The position numbers and the translations under genes are program-made. DNA of 63,365 bases, counting the filler, from Octopus bimaculoides (Eukaryota), in assembly GCF_001194135.2 (NCBI RefSeq). It is 6 parts of 6 records of this genome, joined end to end, with 100 filler letters (N's around TTAATTAATTAA, not from the genome) between each part and the next. Parts side by side here need not be neighbours in the genome. Positions count along the whole stretch, not along the records: positions 12,478 to 20,452 come from NC_068982.1; positions 20,553 to 39,202 come from NC_068994.1; 4 more parts are not named here. One strand, written 5' to 3'. Positions 12,711 to 24,120 of the stretch are shown here, in pieces (position 1 is the first letter of the stretch; each line of letters opens with the position of its first letter). The notes under the pieces were generated by a model, which saw only the letters and a program-made list of their open reading frames with translations, did no database searches and was not told the DNA's origin.

Positions 12711-14177
12711 GAATATGCGTTACTGTGCATGTGGATGTTTGTGTCTGCATACATACTATACACATTGATGCAGACATGTATTTATACATGTGTGTTTGTC
12801 ATATTCTATAAATGTGTGTGTATGTGTCTACGTACTTGATATGGTCGCCGAAAATTCAAGAGGTATTAAACAAACTAGTGTTTGTTTTCGTCTTTATTTT
12901 TGCAAAGAAGAGTTGGGGTCGGTATATTTAACATTTTTAATTTCAGCTTTAAAACATTGAAAGACAAAAAATACGAAAAACAAAATAAACATGCGAGGTT
13001 CCTCTATTAAAGCTTATCACTTCACAAAACATCCGTCCTGTGTGTCTTACGCTATAAAGGGCTCCGCTCTGTCTGCTGGCACGCGCACTTCATCTATCTC
13101 ACTGTGCACTTTCTTAACATGATGTGACCAAATCGCAGTCAATCTTAATTTCTCTCATCGTGTTTTTCTTTGGTTTCTTTTTTTTTTGCTTTTTTTATAT
13201 CTCTTTATTGTTTTGGTTATTTTTGCTTCATATCAAAATTTACTTCATTCACTTTTTTATTTATACCTTTCTTCTATATTTTTTACGAATGTTGAAATTT
13301 GTCTTTTTTATTTATTTTATGCTTCTATTATTATTATGCTTTCGTTGCTTTCTTTTTTTTTTTTTGGTAAATTAATGCTAAAACCTATTCAAAACAGTAA
13401 ACTCCTTGTCAATGTATGTCTACATAGAAACTACTCTTACAGCGGATTATTTGTTTGTTTGTCTTATAAAGATGGCAAAATCATTTTGGCTATCAACGCT
13501 TTGGACTGAACAACGTAGGAGTGACATTGTTCAATGATTTATTGAAGAGAAGGGCAAATAATATTAAAGACAGACGAATAACACGTTAAAATTGCAGAAA
13601 ATACATCTAAGCGACGAAGGTTTCATAGCATTCCTCATTATCATCATCACCACCACCATCAGTATTATTATTATCATTATTATTATTATATGCTGCCGAC
13701 TCGTTCAGATGCTTAAAAGGTTTTCTCCGATAATTCTCATTGTTTTACATCTTAGGAAATTAATATACACTTTGTAAGTAGAGACTGTCTTTGAAAATTC
13801 ATGAATGTTTAACATGACTTAGATTACAAAGTAATTTCTTTTTAATGCATTCATTATATTTTACCTTGTAACTCTAACCTAAAATAGTCTCTTTTTTTTT
13901 TTGCAGGATTCGCTCCCAAAGAAACTGCTTCGATTGAAACAAAATCAACTATGAAAGAAATTAATAAACAAAAGCAAAAAAAAAAAAATTGTGGATGATG
14001 AAAAGATATTGACATTTCCACTAAAAGGTATATATAACAGGCAAGTATGATAAAAGTAGCTGCCGGTGCAGCAGCAGCAGTAGCCACAACAACACCGACA
14101 AAAATCAAACAACAGATGTACGTACTCCGCCTTTTAAAGATATAGCGACATGAAAAAAAGTTTAGTTATGGAATATT

Positions 14178-14788
14178 TTACTGAAATAACTAAAGCTTGA
14201 CAGCATTCTGTTCACATTGCAGGTGTCAGCTATACAATACGTCATAAGACGTGCAAAAGAAGAAGATCCCATCTATATTTTGCCAGGGCTACAGGGTCTT
14301 TCTTTGTTCCATCCAAGGAATAGTTAGACAGACTTCGCAAATTATTTAAAGGAAAGCTTTGTTGGGCGGAGGCCGAATGACATTATTAGTAGTACTTTAA
14401 AGATAAATTATGAAACTAAAGCGCAAGCCCAAATTGTACCTGACGCAATCGTCCATTCTTCCGTAGCATTTTGGAAGAAGGAACTCGATAGTCAGAGTCA
14501 AAGACAATAATAAAGACGTGGACCACTGGTCAGTGGTTTAGTTCGTGACAAATTATGGGCTGGCGGCTACTGAAAAGCTAACTTTCTGTGATATGTGACT
14601 GGTTGGAGTCACCATTGACATACAAGCCCTCTTGAACTTCAAGACTGCAAAACGATATCGGAGTTGTGTCCCGTAGGGGGTACTGAGAAGAAGGTCTTGA
14701 AACTCATTATTCAGATTGAAATTTCCAGTTCCTGCACATGTCATAGTAAAAGTTGTTTGAGGTCTTTCTCTTCAAGTTTAAAAGGGCA

Positions 14789-14827
<39 letters not shown>

Positions 14828-15660
14828 ATAGCTGTAACGAATCATGAAGATTGATGGTCTTCATGCGGTAACGGACACAACATTGAAATATTCGAAAGAA
14901 ATAGCCTATCCTCATTGCCAGGAGCCAAGACCAAGCAATCTCCTTTCCTAGCCTCATCCGGTGGATACAACGAAAATCTACTTGAGCAAAAACAAAGACC
15001 AGAAGTAAATCAGTAGGAAGGTCTTGCTCGTATCAGTGTCATCCGGTCCACCTCTTGAGAGATATCTTAAAAGAACGAAGAACAACCGGAGGACTCAAAA
15101 GACTGATAGACTTGTTACAAATGAGGTTCATAGATTGCGATCGGGAAAGATAATACAAAGTGCGAGGATATATCTCACGAACAGGAAACATATTTTGGTG
15201 AGGAGACAATTTTAGAAGCAGTGTCTATGGCATGTAAAGAGGAGCACAACACTGATGAAGAAGTGTCTAATTATCGCGAAGAAAGAGAGCCCATCTCGTG
15301 CGAGAAAGAATCAATTGGCAACCTATACAAAATGTTTTTCACAAGTATACGAAAAATCCACATAAATGCAATGGAATTCTCGGAGGAAATGCATCAGGTG
15401 GTTAAAATCGAAGTACTGATTGTTTAAGAGATAGAAAATACAAAGGATCAAACCCAAAATTTCCTAGAATACTTCTGTAATATTACATCAGCTATTCAAG
15501 TTAAGTGGGTCCTTATTCGCTTTTTATAATGGAGGAGCGCTTCACGGAAGATTCTGGAATCTCAGCAGTGTCATATATTACGATGCGAAACTGGAGAAGC
15601 ATCAAGAGGGTAGAGATTATCAAGGTAGCTTGATGATCTAATCAATGAAACTAGGCATTT
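14178..15660 (+). pseudogene. decayed coding-like relic, possibly a Mutator-like (MULE) transposase
   Basis: About 110 codons with one stop at 14178-14508, and a purine-rich frame 15135-15525 reading EEMHQVVKI..KDQTQNFLEYF..KW, resembling from memory the MULE F..YF...W region. Not confirmed. Confidence 0.35.
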
Positions 15661-16059
15661 GAAATAATATATCAATATATTTTAATTATTGTCTTTTATA
15701 AAAATTATTCAGTGTAATTTTTCTGCTTTGTTATACGATTTTTAAAAGTTCCATTATAAATATTGTATAACGTTTTTCAGCTTTCTTGTTTTTGTACAAT
15801 TTGTATGTCTCACACCTAACACGTTTTGTGTAAGCCCCTGTTAATATTTTTTGTAGTTTACTCTTTCTCTTCGAGTCCTTGTAGCAAATAAAAGAAAGAC
15901 TATTATTATTAATATTGTATGTTCTTATTCTTGTTGCTGCATTTCTTTGCATTTAAATTTGTTCTTTGCATTTCATTTCCCTGGGGTCGTTAAAATAAAT
16001 TACCAGTCATGCGCTGTGGTCAATGGTATCTAATAACTATTTCCTTTCACAACACCTGC

Positions 16060-16690
16060 TTTTGCACCAAAATTAAAAACTAATAACCTTTCGGGATAAA
16101 GAAGAAAAAATATGAGCTAAGTATTGGTGTCGAGTTTATCGACCAGCCCCGCTCCCTCAAATTTGTTTGGCAAAATTCTTAACGGTATTTGGTCTGTCTT
16201 TATGTTCGGAGTTCAAATTCTGCCGAGGTTGATTTTGCTTTTCATCGTTTTGGGGGTCGATAAAATAAGTGCCAGTCACTATTGGGGCCGATGTAATTGA
16301 CTAGCTCTCTCGTCTACAATATCAGGCCTTATGCCTATCGTAGAAGAGATAACTATCATGATTACATGGCAGGCGGTGTACCGGCGTTGTTAAAACTTCG
16401 AGCAAACCGCGTTTTACGCTCCGTGTTAAAATCCCACGGGAGTTAATTTCGTCTTTCATGCTTTCGAGGTCGATATAATAATGCGTCTGTCAAATACTTG
16501 GGACAAAATTCTGGCCATGTGCCCAAATTTTAAAAAAATCATATTGTTTTTAATTTTGACACAAGGCAACTAATTTTGAGGGGATGATATTAGTCGGTTA
16601 TATCGACCCTCGAAAAGATGAGAGGCAAAATTGATTTCGGTAGGATTTGAAATCAAAACGTAAATAGTTGAAAGAAGCCCAACACTCTAG
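16060..16690. mobile_element. cluster of three SINE family B copies (+,+,-)
   Basis: GAGTTCAAATTCTGCCGAGGTTGATTTTGCTTTTCATC..GTCGATAAAATAAGT at 16210-16270, a related copy at 16370-16540, and an inverted copy at 16545-16690. Confidence 0.6.
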
Positions 16691-18924
16691 AAACAATTCT
16701 TATAATAATTATCATGCTAATTGATAACGAGGTTGTGACTTGGCAACATTTTTTGCACTGCTAAACTCCATCTCTTTACGCTTTGCCCTCCTTTTATGAG
16801 CCTCGGAAGGATGTAAAACAATGCATCAATCGTAATTGTGGTCGGTTCAAAGTGAAATTTTTTCATATATTTTAAAGCTGTGAACTAAATACATTTCATA
16901 ATTTAAATCTGTGCCTCTATGTTCTGATATAAATCATGCGATTGTTGACTTCTTTGCCCAACTTTGATTTCTCACACAAAGACAAAGAATTACATTCATA
17001 GATAAGTCACGTCTTTGACACTCCAGTGTATACTCATGAGTTCTTGTCCTAATTGTCCTAAATATTTATAGTTACATTTAGACTTTTAGTTCCTTCTTGT
17101 TTCATGCGTTCTGAGTAATATAAAGCTTTCCTTCTATAAGTCCCGAATTATTCTGGCAACTGAAAATGGGAATGAGAATCATATATGATGCATAGACGCC
17201 ATGGAAATATGTGTATCACATGCGATACACAGGGCAGGTAAAGGGTCAAAGTAGCAAGATCGTATTACTTAGTCTTTATTGAAACACCTTTCAAAATTAT
17301 TTACGAGAAGCTTCTAAGATTGTTACATACTTTACAAACTCTACAAACTTTTACATTAAAATTGCCAATTGACAGTGGGAGAATTTGAAATATTGTCGAG
17401 TGTTGAAAAGTCGAAATGACAACAGAAATTACAGTTAATCAATTTAAATTAAATAGAATTCATGGGAGTTTTCAGATGTTTCTTGCCAGTAATTCTGCTT
17501 TAAGTCCATTTCGTTCGTTGATACAGTCATTTCTTTGGTAACATTAGTCTAGTAACCTCAACGTCAATGGTAGCAACAAAGCAAAAGCGAGTTAATGTAA
17601 GAAGGTCTCTACATAGTTGCTCGAATTTCTAGAAATGGTAGTCGAATTTCTCTCAAATTACATCCTACTATTTCAAAAGAAGCTAGACACGTTGGATAAT
17701 ATAGTTTAAGATACGTCGTTTCTGAAAGAAAATGAGATGGTCACCGCTGAAAAGGTCATAATCATATGGCTACTAGATCAGATGATCTGAGGCTAAACAA
17801 CAACAAGTAGTACAAGTAGTAGCAACAAAAATACTCTAATAATTTGGATTATTCACAATATTTAAAGTATGTGCAAAGAGAATTTCTAGCGAAAGAGTAA
17901 GAACGTCAGCGAATGATGAGAAACAAATTCAGAATGTCCTCTGATTCCATTTAAGAAACAAATAAAGACGTAAAACTTGCAGCTAAAAATATATTAGTAT
18001 TTCTTCCTTTCTTTTTAAATACTCAAAAACAAATTTCATAATAATTTTTCTATATTTAAGAAATTCCTGTGGATTCAGAATATTTTCAGTGACGATTCAT
18101 CATGCGGGTGGTGATGTTGATAATGATGTTATTTATTGGTTAGAAAGATGCTGGTGTTGGTGGTTATAGGGGACGCTGAACGTTAGTAGATATATGTGAA
18201 TGAGGTGGAAAGGGATGGAAGAAAATTTAATTCTAGACCCTTGTGCCTTCTGAGGAATGAATTCATATGGCTGCACAAGTTCTTAAACAGTTAACTTTAA
18301 CAGCCATTCGTCGTAGTTTCTTCCACTTGACAAGACATCTGCCATCGTTTCATCGCCAACCACCTCAGTATCTATGTGTCACATAATACCCTTGAGACTT
18401 CTAAATACTCGTGATATTGCTCAAGGGAGCCTCCACCTCACTGATTACGACGATACGGCAAAAAAAAAACAAAATAGAACAGAACAAAACAAAAAAAAAA
18501 TAAAGACCGTTACCATATAAAAGCAGCACAGATACAATTCCTAACTTTGAATTATATCCCTATTTTAAGGATTAACTAAACAATAAAGCAATCTGAAGTT
18601 GGGGGAGTTGAAAGAAAAGCATTTTTAGTAAACGCCTTGAATAATTTCAAACTTTTTAATCCGATCAGAACGACGACAATATCATAGTTTCTTTTCTCTT
18701 GTTTACTTTCTTTCTTACTATTTCTTCTTTCATTCCTAAACTCCCCCACTATAGCTCCCCCTTCTTCGTATCTTTCTCGGTAATTGCATATTCATAATAT
18801 ACAATATTATTATAATCAAGTACTAAGCTGTATGGTATTTGCTTTGTTTTAATAAGCAAAGAGGTTGAGAGTTGTTGAGAAAATTAAGAGTAAGTCACAT
18901 TGGTTTATTTATATCACCTCAAGT

Positions 18925-19075
18925 CTTTCACTTTATCGCATAGCCACTTTCCAAATTGTCTTCACGTCCCGAATGCATTCTGCAAACTAGTTGGCTGTGA
19001 CAAGCACATTTAGTAGGGTTTGTTCTAAGTCCTGTTGCAGCTGTCTCCGGCGAATAAACTGTTGTCTAAATTACG
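18925..19075 (-). mobile_element. mariner 5' fragment related to 2190-2310
   Basis: Reverse complement GGAGACAGCTGCAACAG..GCTTGTCACAGC.AACTAGTTTGCAGAATGCA matches 2197-2270. Confidence 0.7.
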
Positions 19076-19189
19076 CAAAAATTAAAATATCACTGACATC
19101 TCATTTTAACAGATATATTTATCAAAATTACATAAAAATATCTTGAAATACTAAACGCAAAATGTATTCAATAAGATCGTCATTGGCTT

Positions 19190-19898
19190 CAACCACGACT
19201 TCGGAATCTCCTGCAGCTCTTCTGGACAGTCTCTTTGTTTAAGTTGGTGAATACTGCCATAATCTTTGCCTTTAGTTCATCTTTGGTATTACAAGGAATT
19301 TTGTTGATCTCTCGCTTAACTGCGCCCCACACATAATAATCAAGGGTGTTGTAGTGTGGGGAGTTAGGTGGCCAGATGTTAGGGGTGGTGTGGTCGCAGA
19401 AACTGTCTGACAACCATGACTGGATTCTCTTGCTTGTGTAGCATGGTGCAGAGTCCTGTTACCAGATGTAGGATCTTCCAGCAGCCACCCTCTTCCCCCA
19501 GGGCTGCACAGAATCTGCACAAGCCTAAACAGAATCTCGGGGACACTCATTTTGAAGACATTAGATGAAGGAAGTGGACACCTTCCCTTTAGGGGGTCCT
19601 ACTTTGAAGTAGATTAGAAATATGCATATCTCTGAAAATAGAAATGCATTGTGTGTTTTAAAATGTGTTTAGTGTCAGTTGTATGTTATCTAGCAATTAA
19701 AAACGTACTCCCACATGAAACATACACAAAAATATTGACATTAATAACTTGTTCAATTTTATTTTACATAGAATGCACTGGGTATTTCATTGTGTTCTTC
19801 ATGTCGTTGATGTTGATGTTGCTATTGTTCATGACTAGGTTTTTTTTTTTGTACATCAGATATTGCTACCTCCAATTTATCAATTTTTTTGCACCCTG
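19190..19898 (-). mobile_element. Tc1/mariner-superfamily (maT/DD37D-like) fragment
   Basis: ORF 19189-19413 has WPPNSPHYNTLDYYVWGAVKRE (consensus WPPNSPDLNPLDY). A possible CAGGGTG terminus lies at 19892-19898. Confidence 0.7.
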
Positions 19899-20376
19899 AT
19901 AGCAGATTCGTCGTTCTTAGAAATATATATGCACATGAATATGTTACCTTAATTAAATTCAAACAGTGCAACATGTGTATTAATGATCAAAGGCAAACTT
20001 AGTAACATACAACGATGTCTTAATTGAGTTTTCTTCGTGAATTATAAAGAGCTAAGACAATGTTATCGCTAACGATAAGAAGTTTACTACTGATCTTTGG
20101 AGGAAAAAAAATGTTTTTAATTACTAGTATCTATCGCTGGCTGTAAAAAGTTCTAGATATTTCTTACGAAAATAATTTTGGTTATAGAAAAATAATCTGC
20201 TGCTGCTGCAGAATTCGTCCCTCATTCCATGAAGCGAGACACATCTTGGTAGCTTTTACATTTATGCACTATCGGATGGTAAAAAACTCAGTTTAAATTC
20301 CTTATTCAAAGGCGCCTCATTATACACACAGACACACACAAACACACACACACACACAATTGTATATGTATGCATG

Positions 20377-20431
<55 letters not shown>

Positions 20432-20624
20432 GTATATATATATATATATATANNNNNNNNNNNNNNNNNNNNNNNNNNNNNNNNNNNNNNNNNNNNTTAA
20501 TTAATTAANNNNNNNNNNNNNNNNNNNNNNNNNNNNNNNNNNNNNNNNNNNNTAGTCGGGGTTACCACTTTATAGGTTTGTTGATTATCAGTTATATAGA
20601 AATAGTTGTTATTGTAGCTCAGCG

Positions 20625-20658
20625 GGCTGCGTGTCTGAATCACGTCGGGGGGTCACCA
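20625..20658 (-). promoter_or_regulatory. primer-binding site complementary to the tRNA-Trp 3' end
   Basis: Plus strand GGCTGCGTGTCTGAATCACGTCGGGGGGTCACCA versus animal tRNA-Trp 3' end GGCTGCGTGTTCGAATCACGTCGGGGTCACCA (recalled). Includes the non-templated CCA and lies 3 nt from the LTR end. Confidence 0.8.
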
Positions 20659-20661
20659 CTT

Positions 20662-21008
20662 TATAGGAAAGTGGGTTATACATCATTAGATGTACACCTG
20701 ACTTTCCTATATTAAATTAAGAATTGAACGGAACGCTGAACTCCAGACTCTCAACACAAACAATATTTATTCATGGTGGAAAATATACATCTTTAATCTT
20801 GTTTGGTGAGACGTCTTCGGTGTGTCAGAACATGGTTGTTGAGACGTTGGTATATTGATGTGAGCTGTCTAGCTTGAGTTCGAAAGATAGAGAGACAGCT
20901 ACACACGTCCTTGCTCAATCGCTGGCCAGCAAGAAAGAGATCGATCAAAGCGGGAAAGCTTGGTTGTTGAATTCCACGCATGCGTGAGACTACGCATGCG
21001 TTACTACA
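20662..21008 (-). mobile_element. 5' LTR of an LTR retrotransposon (probably Ty3/Gypsy-like), about 347 bp
   Basis: Minus strand begins TGTAGTAA, ends TTCCTATA and is followed by AAG-TGGTGACC (PBS). Second copy at 1-237. No internal coding region visible (N gap follows). Confidence 0.75.
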
Positions 21009-21029
21009 CTAGCATTTAAAATGTGTCCC

Positions 21030-22320
21030 ATCATTATCAGTGAAGGTTGAGTTTGTATGTGAAAGATGCACAGGAGCTATAAAAGCTACAGGTACTCAGG
21101 AAATCAATTTTCTCAAATGCCCTGGAGGTAGTATAGAGGTAATGGATAATTTCTGCTACCTAGGGGTCCTAATTAGCTGTAGAGGAAGATGCATGGAAAG
21201 TGTAATTTAGAGAGCCCTTACCTCTGTTAAACTAAAAGTCTCTCTCTCTCTCTGAGTGAAAGGAAGATTGTATGATGCATGTGTATGAACAGCAATGCTA
21301 CATGGTAGTGAGATGTTGGTCCTGAAAGCAGAGGACATGTGAAGGCTGGTATCCTCCACTGCTTGTGTAATGTCAGTGTACATGTGTGACAGAGCACTAG
21401 TGTATTGAGAGAAAAGTTCAGTATAATAGTAATTAGATGCAGTGTGCAAGAGAGAAGACTGCACTTGTTTGGTCATGTGATGTGTATGGATGTAGACAGT
21501 TGCTTACAGAAGTGCTGATCATGCAAAATGGATGGAACTTGTGGAAGAGGGAGGCCCAAGAAGACATGAGACAAAGTATTGGAGACTAGTCTCAAGACAT
21601 TGAGTTTTACAAAGATGACAAAAGACCAAGATATCTAGCACCTTGCTGTACTCAGGAAAACCTGTCCATCACAGCAGAAGTTATACTGGTGGTGGTGCCA
21701 TATAAAAAGCACCCAGTGCATTAAATGATGATATATATATAAGAAGTGCTGATCTCTAACTGTGGAGGGAACCTGTGGTAGAGGTAGACCCAAGAACACA
21801 TGGGACAAGGTGGTGAAGCATGATCTTCAAACTTCGAGCCTCAGAGATGCAATGACTGGTGACAGACCTTTGATGATGTACTGTGCTTGAGAGGACCCAT
21901 AAAACCAAGTACACCTGTACTGGTGGCTCGTAAAGAACATCTTTTGAATGTTGGGCCTCATGGAGGCAAAGTGGCTAAGTTCCTTTCAAGCATTGGGCCT
22001 CACAGAGGCAAGGTGGCTGAGTTCCTTTTGAACGTTGGACCTCACAGAGGCAAAGTGGCTGAGTTCCTTCCAAGTGCTGGGCCTCATGGAGGCAATGACC
22101 AAGACCGTTGGCATTATGTTGTGCTTGAGAAGAAGACCTGTCAAGTCGAGCAAAATCACAGTCGTGGCAGATAGCGGTGTCACACAAACTGGCACCCATG
22201 CTGGTGGCATGTAAATGCACCCCGGTGTCATGCAAAGGGCACCCATGCTGGTGGCACATAAAAACACCCATTACACTCTTGGAGTGGTTGGTGTTAAGAA
22301 GGGCATCCAGCTGTGAATAA
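21030..22320 (+). mobile_element. RTE-LINE fragments (RT C-terminus, duplicated C-terminal pieces, 3' UTR)
   Basis: Homologous to the reverse complement of 11224-11550 (ATGATGCATGTGTATGAACAGCAATGCTACATGGTAGTGAGA). GGAAGAGGGAGGCCCAAGAAGACATG and GTAGAGGTAGACCCAAGAACACATGG are two RGRPRKTW copies. Confidence 0.8.
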
Positions 22321-22929
22321 GTATTTCTATCTCTTTTACATAATGTAGATTTCTTCTTTATGGTTATTGCAACCAATCAACATAAGTCCTGAAACTATGT
22401 GTATGTTGCATGAACTATGTTCATAGCTGTATTTTTTTGAGATTATGTTACATCATACCTAGTTTTAATTAAATTGCTATAATTATACTAAGCTACACAC
22501 ACACATGTGTGTGTATGTGAGTGACAAACTTCCACATAGTTTCCATTTACCAAATTTTCTCACAAAGCTGCCAGCTCCAAATTATAGTAGAAAACACTTA
22601 CCCTAAAGTGTCATGTAGTGAAACTGAACTCGAAACCACATGGTTGTGAGGCAACTTTAATAATGCAACCATGTTTGCACCCACTTACATTTTTACACTG
22701 TTACCCCTTCTCGATTTTTTATCATTCTCTTTCCGTTGTATTGTTTAACTTTTTAATTGAGTTATTTTTTATAATTGTATTAATTTCTATTTTATCCCTG
22801 TAATTTTAATTTTATTTCTTATTTTTTATCTTGCATCTACTAATTAAAAAATTTTTTTTTCACATCTTGTACCCTTCCCCACTTCTTTTTATCAATCTTA
22901 TTTTATTATATTTTATTTTATTTCTATAT

Positions 22930-24120
22930 ACACACACACACATACATACACACATGTACATATACACACACATGAAAATATACATGCAGTTGCGTACACA
23001 CATGGACGCACATATACCTTCCACACACACCACACACATACACACAACACACATACATGCACATACATACATACACATACATCCACACACACACACGCAC
23101 ATACACACACACTCACATGCATACACACGCATACACACGCATACACACATGCACACACACACAGGGACGCAAATATACCTCCACATAACATAACCCCACG
23201 CACACACTCACATATACACATGCTCATACACACACACATGCACACACACACATACAAACGCATATGTACACATATATGCATGCGCACATACATCAATGCA
23301 CATATACCTCCCACACACACCACATACCACAAACACAACACACACATACATGTATGCACATGCGCACACATGTACACACAAGCACACACATACACATGCA
23401 CAGGAATGCACACATACCTAACACACACAACACCATGCACACAGATACACACACATGCACACATACATGCACACATGTACACACAACTATACACACGTGC
23501 ACACACACATATACACATGCACACACATACACTCATACATGTATACACACACATACACACATGCACATACACACATGCACATACACACACACGCACATAT
23601 GCACCCGTACACACATACACACATACACACACACACGCACATGTACACACACATACTTCCCACACACACAACAAACACTCATACATACATGCACACAATT
23701 ATGCATATATGGGCATATACATATGCACATAAATGTCACACATGCATGCACACACATGCACACACACACACATACACACATGCACATATACATACACACA
23801 TGCACACACATGTACACACACGCATACACACGCGCGTACATATACACACACACATACACATGCATGCAGACGCCAATGAACTTACACATACCTCCCACAC
23901 ACACAACACGCACTCATACATACATGCACGCACATACTTCAAACTGCCAGTCAAACACCTTTCTACTGACCATTTCTCTACGCACATGTGTAGAGACACA
24001 CAACTACACAAAATACTGCCACTCCTGATACTGAATTCTTCCTACAACATTAAGTGACACAAAGTTCACTCACACATACACATATAAACAGCCACAAACT
24101 TGCAAGCACGCACATAACAA
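22930..24120. repeat. cryptic (CA)/(CATA)-rich array with a recurring anchor motif
   Basis: About 1.2 kb of imperfect CA/TA repeats. CATA(TA)CCTCCCACACACAC-like anchors near 23010, 23172, 23300, 23410, 23650 and 23885. Confidence 0.85.

Noticed and set aside
14340-14700. Gypsy RNase H-like words on the minus strand (LQPVTYHRKL)
   Set aside because: Needs several frameshifts and lacks the catalytic DAS motif. The plus strand looks more coding-like.
20625-20658. tRNA-Trp gene
   Set aside because: Only the 3' part is present, it encodes CCA and it abuts an LTR, so it is a PBS and not a gene.
21887-22174. 95-aa ORF with 14-aa repeats
   Set aside because: An alternative frame of the 42-bp minisatellite within RTE debris, with no gene context.
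22831-24057. Long His/Thr- and Cys/Val-rich ORFs (up to 261 aa)
   Set aside because: Translations of CA/TG repeats, open in most frames on both strands.
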